IMG/VR virus record: IMGVR_UViG_3300021093_000213
Location: 1-34,552 of that record
Origin: a virus
Lineage: Duplodnaviria; Caudoviricetes
Length of the DNA stretch: 34,552 bases
Direction: 5' to 3' (one strand)
In this document: piece by piece, positions 1 through 8,474 of the stretch
How the letters are laid out: each line of letters starts with the position of its first letter
How positions within the stretch are numbered: position 1 is the first letter of the stretch
Notes under the pieces: generated by a model
What the model was told of the DNA's origin: nothing
The model's input: only the letters and a program-made list of their open reading frames with translations
The model's database searches: none
Translations under genes and position numbers: made by a program

Positions 1-92
1 GGAACCGCGACCTCTTCTTCCTCTTCCACAATCACGTCCACCTCCTCCGGTGACCCGTAGATTGCTTTTTCAATGTTTGATGGCTTTGGCAT
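1..92 (-). CDS. N-terminus of probable portal protein (runs off window)
   Basis: ATG at 92 preceded by AAGGAAAG; reads MPKPSNIEKAIYGSPEEVDVIVEEEEEVAV and stays open to the window edge. The portal call rests on position downstream of terL and the acidic N-terminus only. Confidence 0.4.
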   Translation of the reverse strand, partial: MPKPSNIEKAIYGSPEEVDVIVEEEEEVAV

Positions 93-101
93 TGTCTTTC
101 C

Positions 102-3100
102 TTATAGTGGCTCTTCGCCGCGCAAAGCAGGCGTGAGGTAGTCTGAGTCCTCTGTAATTTTTAAATTCCGAAGGTTGTATTGTCGCATGTAGTTGCGGAA
201 AAAGTTATTAACTTCGTCCTCAAACGCCATTGCATCAGGGCTGTTGTAGTTGCCTTTAATCTGAGCAATTATGGAAAAGTTCTCCCCAGGCAACTCACTG
301 CTCATCGTTGGGCTTATAAGCGGATACTCGTCTGGCCCCTGGTAGTCTTTATTGCGCATTTGAATAGTCAGCTTGGGGTACCCTTGAGAATCGCGCAAGG
401 TAAAGAACTTAGACTCACCATTCATGTACTGGTTGTAATAGCTGGGCTGTTTGATGCAATGCTGCGCCATCATCCCTTCCGCTTTCATGCCGTCTGGGCT
501 AGTGATCTCGTACCAACCTGCCACGTCTCTGTTTTTGCCTAAAACTGGGTTGACTAAAGGGATAGCATATGGTGTTTTAGTCACTCCCAAAAGCGCTTGG
601 TCTGAGGTCACTGGGCGACCTTTTTCCATTCGATTTAGGATTGTTTTGGGGTTATTGATATTTGTCCAATTACCTTCGGATCCAACCACTAGGTCAGCGA
701 AACTAGCCTTTTGCAGATCCCTGGGAGACAGGGTTGCTGCATATTCGGCAATGTCCTCCATATTAAAAGGACTAAACTCTTGGTCAAACAATACGTTGGA
801 ATCTAGTGAATAGACCGGTTGGCCTTTTCTAATTGCTTCGTCAAAGACAGGCGTATGACGGACCAAGGTGTTCAATATGTTGAGCCTTGAAGCTCCTGTC
901 TCAAGAACTTTCCCTGACTTACTAAACGGGTCTGTTGTGTCTGGTGCCAACGTGCTGCCATAAGTTCTTCCTCGACGGAAAGACAGCGAAGATGTCGGAG
1001 CACCTTGTTGCTCTGTTACTTGATTGTAAAAGGTCTCATACACATCTGCCATAGAAGTATGGGCAGCTTCCATTGCCTCTGCCATTACGACTTCTTCTGG
1101 GGTCCGATTATCTACGCTAATCCTCCAGCGCTCTTTTCCAGCAAATGCTTGCCTAAGATCAGCCTCAATTTCTTGGATGCTTTTCTTCTTCATCGCTGGC
1201 GTCCCAACCAACTCATACAACGTCTTGGTCATGGCGACGGTTTTTGGATCGGCGGTTGTAGCTACCTTTCCAACAGCAGGATCTGCATGATTGTCGTAGT
1301 AATATTTAAGCGTTTTTAGATAGTGTTTCTCAAATGCGTCCAAGATATTCTCTGGTTGAAGCCCAGGCCTTTCTCCCCACCCGTACTCCTCGGCACCAAA
1401 TTCTTTACCCCCAAAGCTTCTTCTTAACTCTGACCTAAATGCATCTACGTTGGCATTTGTTCTTGCCTCAAAAACCTCACGGTCATCCAAAGCGCCGTTT
1501 ATTTGACGAATAAACTCTTGAATACTTGCTTCAGTCCTTTGTTTAGACTCTTCCGATCTTTCGCTTGCTCCTCTTCTCAAACGACTAACAATCGCCTCTA
1601 GTGCTTCATTAGCCGCTTTGCCTCCATCTGCTTTGGCGTAGTCAAAAAGATCCTGATCTATGGCAGCTTTTTTCATGTTTCGCAAAGCTATTTCAGCTGC
1701 ATCCTGCACCACAGGAACTGCCAACTTTTTAGCCTCGGGGTTCATGAAAAAGCCAACGTCCGTGTACGGGCTGATGATTTCTCCCGTTTGCTCGCTCAAT
1801 GCATCATACATTTGCGATAACGAAATCGCCGCCTGCTCCTGTTGCAGAGGAGTGCCTTTCTCTCCCCGTGCCATGGCGCGAACGTCATCTAGAGTCAGCC
1901 CATACGCAGGAACAGCCGCGCGGCCAGGAGTTCCAGAAACCGGCTCATTCCAAGAAGGCAGGTCCTTTAATCCAGAAACAAGGAACCTCTCGTAATTGAG
2001 CTGCATGTCACCTGAAATGCCACCATGCTCAACTTCATTCATCCACTTTGGTGTCCAACGCCCATCAACAAAGGCCTTGTACAAAGGATCTTTGACCGTG
2101 CCAAATGTGGTTGAAAAGTAGTCAACCGCTTTGTTAGAAATAGCTTCAAGCGTAGGCGCAAAGTTTGTAAATATTTGCGCACGGTCATTTTCACGAGCCA
2201 AGCGGCCCTCAAACATACTTTTCTGGCCTTCTAATTCTTCAGTTCGACGAATCAATCCTTTATATTCATCAGAGAGTTCCGGGTTAGGAGAAGTGGCCAA
2301 CAAATTTTCTAGCTTTTGATTTACTCTTGAGAGATCTTCGTTTGTGCGGAAAATTTCTGTTTTAAGATTTCTAACGTAGTCATCGGACTCTAACGCAGCC
2401 TCTTCCGCATATCTTTCTGCGACCTTACTGGCCGAACGAACATCGGCGCCCACATCCGCCTTTAGCCCAAGAGGTCGAGTGGCATAAATAGCCCCTGCTT
2501 CTGCCATTACGTCCGCTGGCTTTCCCAACATGGCCCCGTAGACATCTTCAGGGGTCAAATCCTCACGTCCAGCTTGTTTGCGAAGAGTCGGCATCACCGC
2601 TTCTTCCACTTTTCCCTTGGCCTGCTCGCCTAAATACCTCGCAGCACCCGGCGCAACACGCACATTGAGCAGCTGAGCCTGCGGAAGCAACGCATCAAGC
2701 TTGCTCTCTTGCATTGCCCTGCCAAATTGCTCTAAATACCTGCGCCCAGCTTCAGTTCTAGGCATGAAGGTCATCGCTTCCATGACCTTACCCGCCTCTA
2801 CATTGGCCTCATTGATGTTTTTGCCACGAGCCAAGCCCGTTGCCGCTGCAATTGGCGCCGCAACAGCTCCCGTTGCAATCGTCGCACCCGTTTCTATCAG
2901 GCCCCTTGCTTTTTCTGCAAGACTTAACTTTCGTTCAGGCTCCAGTGTCGGTAAAAGTAACCTCCCATCTGGCCCAATTTGGGGCACTTCATTCACCGAG
3001 CGCTCGCCCTGAGGCAGACTGCCCGCTTGGCGGTACACCAAACCTCCTTGCGCCATCCTCCGAATTTTCTGAATTGCTGGAGGACGCATTATTTGCTGCG

Positions 3101-3896
3101 GTTCCTCTTCACGGACTAAAAATTGGAAAGGATCAACCGGTTTTTGCGACTTTAGATACCTTTGAAGCGTCGCTGCACCCGCTGGCGCCCCCCTTTCACT
3201 GTCTTCTTGCGTCGTTCTGAGCACTTCGATCGCTTTGGACATAACTTCGTCCTCCGGATCGCTGTCAGTTAAGAAGTTCAACGCCAGCGCAGTGCGATAA
3301 CTGGTTGGCAAAGTGTCCAAAGGAGCCAGTTTCATCGGTTTTTTAGCCGATGGAGACACTCCCTTGGTCGCTTTTTGTGTTTGAGTCGCCGCCCGAGCAA
3401 TTTTTGTGCGCTCGCCAAGAGGCACACCCAACGTAGTTTCAGCAAAATCCCACCCACGCTTGGGCTGCGTGTATGGACTCGAGGGCAAAGACGCCCAAGT
3501 CGAGCCCAATTTGTCTATCGCCGAGCGAAAATCACCCCGCTCAACATCCTCCAAGGCCCCTTTTGACCGAATTAGCTCGATCGCAATGCGATCTTGGCTC
3601 TGCGGAGAGAAATCCTTAATCCCTAGCTTCGGGGCAAAGTCATCATAAGTCGTTTTCGTGATCTGGTATTTACCAGCCGCCGTACTTGGACCCTCTTTGG
3701 TTCTCAGCCCCACCACCCCAGGATGCTTTGAAAAGTCTTGAAACTTCTTCCCACCCACAATGACGTTGTAGTCCGCCCCTTCAGCCTTGCCAAGGAAATC
3801 CAAAAACTTCTGCAGGTTCTGGTCCGTGGGCCGTGTATCACTGTCCATGCTCGGCATCACCGGCTTTGTGTTCGGGTTAGGCACAGGTGTCTGCAT
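102..3896 (-). CDS. Large multidomain virion-associated protein: N-terminal lambda R-type lysozyme/transglycosylase (GH104-like), C-terminal PcfJ-like domain
   Basis: aa ~28-145 FLDFLGKAEG..YNVIVGG..F.DFSKHP...STAAGKYQ...DFSPQSQD..A..LI..KGAL..V..GD...AIDK....WASLP match lambda R motif by motif. C-terminal EGMMAQHCI..Y....G...FTLRDSQGYPKLTI...QIKGNYN matches the PcfJ-domain pattern. Confidence 0.85.
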   Translation of the reverse strand: MQTPVPNPNTKPVMPSMDSDTRPTDQNLQKFLDFLGKAEGADYNVIVGGKKFQDFSKHPGVVGLRTKEGPSTAAGKYQITKTTYDDFAPKLGIKDFSPQSQDRIAIELIRSKGALEDVERGDFRSAIDKLGSTWASLPSSPYTQPKRGWDFAETTLGVPLGERTKIARAATQTQKATKGVSPSAKKPMKLAPLDTLPTSYRTALALNFLTDSDPEDEVMSKAIEVLRTTQEDSERGAPAGAATLQRYLKSQKPVDPFQFLVREEEPQQIMRPPAIQKIRRMAQGGLVYRQAGSLPQGERSVNEVPQIGPDGRLLLPTLEPERKLSLAEKARGLIETGATIATGAVAAPIAAATGLARGKNINEANVEAGKVMEAMTFMPRTEAGRRYLEQFGRAMQESKLDALLPQAQLLNVRVAPGAARYLGEQAKGKVEEAVMPTLRKQAGREDLTPEDVYGAMLGKPADVMAEAGAIYATRPLGLKADVGADVRSASKVAERYAEEAALESDDYVRNLKTEIFRTNEDLSRVNQKLENLLATSPNPELSDEYKGLIRRTEELEGQKSMFEGRLARENDRAQIFTNFAPTLEAISNKAVDYFSTTFGTVKDPLYKAFVDGRWTPKWMNEVEHGGISGDMQLNYERFLVSGLKDLPSWNEPVSGTPGRAAVPAYGLTLDDVRAMARGEKGTPLQQEQAAISLSQMYDALSEQTGEIISPYTDVGFFMNPEAKKLAVPVVQDAAEIALRNMKKAAIDQDLFDYAKADGGKAANEALEAIVSRLRRGASERSEESKQRTEASIQEFIRQINGALDDREVFEARTNANVDAFRSELRRSFGGKEFGAEEYGWGERPGLQPENILDAFEKHYLKTLKYYYDNHADPAVGKVATTADPKTVAMTKTLYELVGTPAMKKKSIQEIEADLRQAFAGKERWRISVDNRTPEEVVMAEAMEAAHTSMADVYETFYNQVTEQQGAPTSSLSFRRGRTYGSTLAPDTTDPFSKSGKVLETGASRLNILNTLVRHTPVFDEAIRKGQPVYSLDSNVLFDQEFSPFNMEDIAEYAATLSPRDLQKASFADLVVGSEGNWTNINNPKTILNRMEKGRPVTSDQALLGVTKTPYAIPLVNPVLGKNRDVAGWYEITSPDGMKAEGMMAQHCIKQPSYYNQYMNGESKFFTLRDSQGYPKLTIQMRNKDYQGPDEYPLISPTMSSELPGENFSIIAQIKGNYNSPDAMAFEDEVNNFFRNYMRQYNLRNLKITEDSDYLTPALRGEEPL

Positions 3897-3907
3897 TGCC
3901 CCAGTCC

Positions 3908-5371
3908 TTAATAGTAGACGTACTGTTGTTCTTCAGAAGGCTCGTCCTCAAAGTCGTCCGGGAGCGAAATAAAACTCCCTTGGCGGAATCGGATTACCGC
4001 TTGCACAGCACTGTCCGTGAGGTCATCGTTCTCTCCAAACGGAAACTCCGCCATCTCCTCAACAACTTCCTCCGCCCACGCTTGGTCCGGAGCCCATACC
4101 ATCCCCGCCTCGAAAACCGGAGACACGGAGTTCGCTCGACTGACCTTATCCGTCGATTTATTGCGCCCCCCAGGTGAGTAGTTTACTACCGGAATACCGG
4201 TTCTGCGCAACTCTTGAGTGAGTGGCAACCCCGAAGCTTTCGCTTCAATCAACACGCAATCCGGATTCCAAAACTTGTAAAACTCCATGGCCTTTCGCTT
4301 AAGTTCAGGAAAGTCCCACCGTCCCTTCTTGGCATCCAACAAAATCAAACTGTCCGGATCATCCGGACTGGGCCGAAATACTCCCCACGTCGTAATAGCA
4401 GAATAGTCGGCCGTCTCTTTTTTAGAATACGCCGTGTCATAGCTCTGAATGATGTACTTCAGCTTGGGCACCCCTTCATGCGGCCACACCCGCCACCACT
4501 CTCGCTTGAATATCGCCCCCTCTTCCGAAGTCGGATTCTGCTGCCACTGCGCATTCCACTTGCTAACCGGCAACGCCGCCTTGACCGCCAACAAATCATC
4601 GATCTTCCAAAACTCCGGCCAACACGACTTGCCACTGGGCATGATCGCCGGAAACTCAATCACATCCCACTTGTCTGACCTCAAATCCTTGGCCTGATCC
4701 TTCAACACCATCTCGGTCAAATCCTTCTTTGACCACCTCGTCATTACCAACAAAATCCGACCCCCGGGCTGCAGACGCTGCCGAGGCCCAGACGTATACC
4801 ACTCATGCGCCGCTTCCATCGCCGTCTCCGACAACGCATCCTGCTCCGAGTGCGGATCATCAATAACCAAAAAATTCGCACCACGACCCGTCATCGCACC
4901 ACCCACACCAGTGGCAAAATATTCCCCACCCTTGTTCGTCTCCCACCGCCCAGCCGCTTTACTGTCCGCCGCCAAGGCCACCTCCGGAAAGATATCCTTA
5001 TAAATTTCCGAATCCATCAGGTTCCTCACCTTGCGACCAAACCGCATCGCCAACTCACCCGTGTGCGTCGCCTGAATAATCTTGGACGTTGGTTCGCGAC
5101 CCATGAGCCACGCTAAAAACAAATACGAAGTGAGCTCTGACTTACCATGGCGAGGAGCAATATTAATAATGACCCTGGTCAAATCTCCACGGACCAAGGC
5201 CTCAAATTTCTCCGCCATGATTTTGTGATGCGGGCCACATATGAACTCCGGCCACACATACCGCACAAAATCCAAAAAGTTTTCCCTCGCCCGCTCACGA
5301 ACCTGTAACTGCTCAAGCCTGTACTCCAGACGAGCAATCTCGGCCGATGGATCTTGGATCTGGGCAGTCAT
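3908..5371 (-). CDS. terL: Terminase large subunit
   Basis: Walker A APRHGKSE, Walker B LVIDDPH, coupling motif VMTRW, RNaseH-like nuclease SYDTAY...IEAKASG...DDLTDS. Confidence 0.95.
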   Translation of the reverse strand: MTAQIQDPSAEIARLEYRLEQLQVRERARENFLDFVRYVWPEFICGPHHKIMAEKFEALVRGDLTRVIINIAPRHGKSELTSYLFLAWLMGREPTSKIIQATHTGELAMRFGRKVRNLMDSEIYKDIFPEVALAADSKAAGRWETNKGGEYFATGVGGAMTGRGANFLVIDDPHSEQDALSETAMEAAHEWYTSGPRQRLQPGGRILLVMTRWSKKDLTEMVLKDQAKDLRSDKWDVIEFPAIMPSGKSCWPEFWKIDDLLAVKAALPVSKWNAQWQQNPTSEEGAIFKREWWRVWPHEGVPKLKYIIQSYDTAYSKKETADYSAITTWGVFRPSPDDPDSLILLDAKKGRWDFPELKRKAMEFYKFWNPDCVLIEAKASGLPLTQELRRTGIPVVNYSPGGRNKSTDKVSRANSVSPVFEAGMVWAPDQAWAEEVVEEMAEFPFGENDDLTDSAVQAVIRFRQGSFISLPDDFEDEPSEEQQYVYY

Positions 5372-5949
5372 CGTTTTTTAGTGCCCGCTAACTTCACCAT
5401 CTTTTTTGCTGGCCTTCTTGCAAGACCATACCCACGAGTAGCAAGGCCACCCTTCGCCATGTTTAATGGGTTTTTACCAAGCTTATCTACATCAGGCATC
5501 GCGCCACCACCCCCACCACCACGCGATCCCGAACCACCGCCCACGGGACGAACCGTTCCAGATGGCTCCAATGTTTTGCTTGGAGTCATCTGCTTCTTTT
5601 TGTACTCATACTCATTTTCTGGGCGCACCGCAAGATGACGCCCACGAATAATGTCGAATTTCTCCTCTCTTCTCTCTGGAGACACATACTTCCCAGACGA
5701 CTTGTACTGGTTGGCCTGACGCTCCGCCATCTTTTCCATCTCAACTAGCTCAGACGACGTAATAGGGATTTTTTGCTTACCGCCAGTGCGAGTCTCTCTT
5801 ATATACGGAGACAAATCGTCATATCGATCCTTTGTCATAGCCGTCGCAGCCTTGAGATCAACCCCTTGATCCAATAACAACTGCTTATACCTATTGGCCC
5901 TCGAACCAGCGCCACCATGCTTTCCTGTCTTGTTCTGTCCTGTAGGCAT
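5368..5949 (-). CDS. Basic, Gly-rich hypothetical protein with C-terminal MAKGGLA motif
   Basis: 193-aa ORF, GGAG RBS, ATGA overlap with terL start. Confidence 0.7.
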   Translation of the reverse strand: MPTGQNKTGKHGGAGSRANRYKQLLLDQGVDLKAATAMTKDRYDDLSPYIRETRTGGKQKIPITSSELVEMEKMAERQANQYKSSGKYVSPERREEKFDIIRGRHLAVRPENEYEYKKKQMTPSKTLEPSGTVRPVGGGSGSRGGGGGGAMPDVDKLGKNPLNMAKGGLATRGYGLARRPAKKMVKLAGTKKR

Positions 5950-6272
5950 ATACGTCTCCGTAGGTTTAAATTTTTTGCAAAATTTTTTGTGGGAAAAGTG
6001 TTTGCATGATACCGGGGGTGTTCTGAAATTGCCAAGTTTTCGTTCGTTGGCTGGCTAGCTAAAACTGAGTTTAAAGGAGCGAAGCAGGAGAGACGGGGCC
6101 AAAAGGAAGAAAGCAGTCAGACAGAACAGAAGGAACACAACCAACTCTCAAGGGACTCCAGGCGGGCCCGCCCACCCCCGCCTCCACCCTTTGTGGGACG
6201 GGGTGGGTGTTTAGTTTTTCCCTATCAATTTTCTTTTTTTTATTGTTATTTGGTATTGGACAAGAGAAGACG
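5950..6272. other. Non-coding region, candidate packaging/terminus site
   Basis: No convincing ORF; T-tracts, a purine-rich stretch, and a C-run/G-run imperfect inverted repeat (6171-6207). Function is inference. Confidence 0.3.
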
Positions 6273-6386
6273 GAGCATGGTAGGCAGAGCCTACCATGCT
6301 CAGCGGCCGTGTTTGGCAAACACGGGACAAACAAAAAGCCCAGGTGCTCGCGCACCTGGGCTCGTTGCCTGGGGCCGAGGCCCCAG
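6273..6386. repeat. Four tandem perfect hairpins
   Basis: GAGCATGGTAGGC-aga-GCCTACCATGCTC (6273-6301), CCGTGTTT-ggc-AAACACGG (6307-6325), AGCCCAGGTGC-tcgc-GCACCTGGGCT (6337-6362), CTGGGGC-cgag-GCCCCAG (6369-6386). Confidence 0.9.
6328..6362 (-). terminator. Rho-independent terminator ending the early gene block
   Basis: 11-bp GC-rich stem followed by TTTTGTTTG on the minus strand, ~35 nt after the stop of ORF 6396-6668. Confidence 0.7.
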
Positions 6387-6395
6387 CAGGAGAAG

Positions 6396-6668
6396 CTAGG
6401 CTTCGATCTTCAAACTGGTTGCGTCCTCGAGGGCCGGGGCCGCGATCGCTGAATCGATCGCCTGCTTGGCGAGTGCGGCCTGGGCTTTGGTCTTGACTGC
6501 GACCTGATCGCGGATCACTTCCAACACTTCGACGATCGTCTGATCGTCGAGCGCTACCTGTTGGGTGTTGCCATCGCGGTCAGAGAGTTCGACCGTGAGG
6601 ATCAGTTGATTGGGCTTGAACGAGGCATAGGACTCGTTGCGACGGATGAGGACCTTTTGAATCTGCAT
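6396..6668 (-). CDS. Hypothetical early protein
   Basis: 90-aa ORF with ATACAGGAGA RBS and its own promoter. Confidence 0.8.
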   Translation of the reverse strand: MQIQKVLIRRNESYASFKPNQLILTVELSDRDGNTQQVALDDQTIVEVLEVIRDQVAVKTKAQAALAKQAIDSAIAAPALEDATSLKIEA

Positions 6669-6719
6669 GGTAATTCTCCTGTATCGACTGCGTTGAAGGA
6701 AACAACAGACTGCACCGAT

Positions 6720-6748
6720 ATTCTCTCGAATATCAGCGCAGTTGTCAA
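6720..6748 (-). promoter_or_regulatory. sigma70-type early promoter with overlapping palindrome
   Basis: TTGACA-N17-GAGAAT; near-duplicate of 7232-7260. Confidence 0.7.
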
Positions 6749-7198
6749 CTACCTGGACGAAACCTCGACGTTGAACGTCAGGCCCTGGACGGCCTGGGTG
6801 ACCTGATCGTCGAGGTGAGTAATAAGATAATTCTCGATCGCATCGTCCACGTCGACCATGTCCTTGATCTCCGATTCATAGTCCGAGATCTCAAAGTTGG
6901 AGGACATGTAATCGTTGATCTTGTCATCGATGTCCGACGCATCGATGACCTCTTCGCAAACCTCACGGATCATGTCGCGGTCCATCGGGCCCAGGTCATC
7001 TATCTTGGCCTGGACGATCTCTTCGACAGTCTCACGGGTGACCAACTGAGACGCGCTGCCGAGCAACTTCTGCATGTCCGGATGCTCAACAATGTGCGGC
7101 ACCAGCAGGGCCGCAAGTTCTCTCAGCAGGCCGTCGTACTTGTAACTGGCGGGAAAGCCAGGGCCCCGGGTATCTTCATTAATTAGATCTTGCAACAT
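6749..7198 (-). CDS. Highly acidic early protein
   Basis: 149-aa ORF, ATACAGGAGA RBS; D/E-dense C-terminal half. Confidence 0.8.
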   Translation of the reverse strand: MLQDLINEDTRGPGFPASYKYDGLLRELAALLVPHIVEHPDMQKLLGSASQLVTRETVEEIVQAKIDDLGPMDRDMIREVCEEVIDASDIDDKINDYMSSNFEISDYESEIKDMVDVDDAIENYLITHLDDQVTQAVQGLTFNVEVSSR

Positions 7199-7222
7199 GA
7201 TTTTCTCCTGTATAGGTTAGAC

Positions 7223-7260
7223 TGCAACGATATTCTCTCGAATATCGTTGCACTTGTCAA
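7223..7260 (-). promoter_or_regulatory. sigma70-type early promoter inside a perfect 13-bp inverted repeat
   Basis: TTGACA (7260-7255)-N17-GAGAAT (7237-7232); TGCAACGATATTC-tctc-GAATATCGTTGCA at 7223-7252. Confidence 0.75.
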
Positions 7261-7270
7261 GCCCTAATCC

Positions 7271-7294
7271 CTATCGGGGCTCGAGCCCCGATAG
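7271..7294. repeat. Perfect 24-bp palindrome
   Basis: CTATCGGGGCTCGAGCCCCGATAG equals its own reverse complement; lies directly after the stop at 7299. Confidence 0.9.
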
Positions 7295-7298
7295 TCCC

Positions 7299-7733
7299 TT
7301 AGACCGTCTCAAACACGATGGCTGCCGGTTCCCTGGCTCGCGCCAGCTGGGCCATGATGCCCTCATACTGCTCGAGCTCGCGACCATGCATGGGCGCCAT
7401 GGTCAACTCAACCGACTGCGAGCCCTCGCCCCACCGGTCAACAATTTGCCAACCCTCGCCCACCTGATAAACCCCGTTGTCCATGTTGTCGCAGTCCATG
7501 CGGTTTATCACGTCGACGCCAACGGATAACCCAGTGGCGCCAAAAAACTCCTGTATCACGGCCACCAGTCCAGCCATGGCATACGACGGATCGTTGGCCG
7601 GGGACCGGTAGCCCCGGGCTTTGCACGTGTCCAAAAAAGCCCGGACCGACGCACGGCCCCCATTCCAATGCAAATAAACACCCACCGATTCAGACCCCTC
7701 GGTGCCCCACGTGATAACGGCTCTATTGCCCAT
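7299..7733 (-). CDS. Conserved phage hypothetical protein (MGNRAVIT...GVYLHWNGG type)
   Basis: Start moved to ATG 7733 behind ATACAGGAGA; motif pattern YLHWNGG / DNGVY is recalled from phage early proteins. Confidence 0.8.
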   Translation of the reverse strand: MGNRAVITWGTEGSESVGVYLHWNGGRASVRAFLDTCKARGYRSPANDPSYAMAGLVAVIQEFFGATGLSVGVDVINRMDCDNMDNGVYQVGEGWQIVDRWGEGSQSVELTMAPMHGRELEQYEGIMAQLARAREPAAIVFETV

Positions 7734-7764
7734 GTCCTTTTCTCCTGTATTAAGTGTCACCGGC

Positions 7765-7798
7765 ACCCTGCCGGTAAGGTAAACCTTACCGGCAGGGT
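7765..7798. promoter_or_regulatory. 15-bp inverted repeat / operator-like element upstream of RBS
   Basis: ACCCTGCCGGTAAGG-taaa-CCTTACCGGCAGGGT; a -10-like TACCTT sits in the same register as at neighbouring promoters, but there is no good -35. Confidence 0.6.
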
Positions 7799-7822
7799 CT
7801 ATGCCCGTCCATTACTTTTTAA

Positions 7823-8038
7823 CTATCGGGGCTTGAGCTCAACATTAACTGAACTATCGAGACGCCAGCCCTCTTCAACGCCTTCGTCCACATAGAGCTC
7901 AGTGTCGTAATCCACCGCCTTACGATTCATGATGTTCTCAATATCGTCCCATGCCTTATCGATAGCATCCTCTTTGCTCTCCGCCTCGACCTGGACCCAT
8001 CGATATTCTTTACTCACCACGCATATAGATACGATCAT
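7823..8038 (-). CDS. Small acidic hypothetical protein
   Basis: 71 aa, 'VQVEAESKEDAIDKA' pattern; ATGA-coupled to the upstream gene. Confidence 0.7.
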   Translation of the reverse strand: MIVSICVVSKEYRWVQVEAESKEDAIDKAWDDIENIMNRKAVDYDTELYVDEGVEEGWRLDSSVNVELKPR

Positions 8039-8313
8039 GGCGAACCCCCCTCATCCTCGTCCATGTCTCGAGAGACATGGACAAAGGGTGACCCCCAGTC
8101 CTTAAAATCCCCGTACCGCTCATTGTCCAAGAACCCTCGAGCATAGGCCGCAGTCTCCGCCGCCGACATATCGGCGGCGGCAACCCTCGGGCTCGAGTAA
8201 GTGTCACCGACAAAGTAATGCGGATCAAAAGGCCGCCGATAATATGAATCAGCGCGGCCCCGATCATACGGCCCGCCGTGCCGTCTTGGGTCTTGTTTAG
8301 AAAACAATTGCAT
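8035..8313 (-). CDS. Conserved phage hypothetical protein (RHGGPYDRG.ADSYY type)
   Basis: Start at ATG 8313 behind ATACAGGAGA; RHGGPYDRGRADSYYRR..PHY...KDWG pattern is recalled from aquatic phages. Confidence 0.8.
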   Translation of the reverse strand: MQLFSKQDPRRHGGPYDRGRADSYYRRPFDPHYFVGDTYSSPRVAAADMSAAETAAYARGFLDNERYGDFKDWGSPFVHVSRDMDEDEGGSP

Positions 8314-8342
8314 GATGCATTCTCCTGTATCAGTTGAACGAA

Positions 8343-8376
8343 CCGATAATTTATCAATTATCGGCAATCAATGCAA
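8343..8376 (-). promoter_or_regulatory. Early promoter with overlapping palindrome
   Basis: TTGCAT-N17-TAAATT; CCGATAATT-tatc-AATTATCGG (8343-8364). A further 10-bp stem lies at 8372-8395. Confidence 0.65.
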
Positions 8377-8474
8377 GGGCCCCTCGGCCCTTGCACCAAA
8401 TTACACGCCCCACGGCCCTCGGACCATGGGGCTTAGTTTATAACTATCCTATAGGCCGACCCAATAGTCTCCGC

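Noticed and set aside
5835-6496. ORFs 5835-6035, 6071-6355, 6193-6399, 6207-6452, 6296-6496
   Set aside because: They run through homopolymer tracts and hairpins, with non-protein-like composition and no good RBS.
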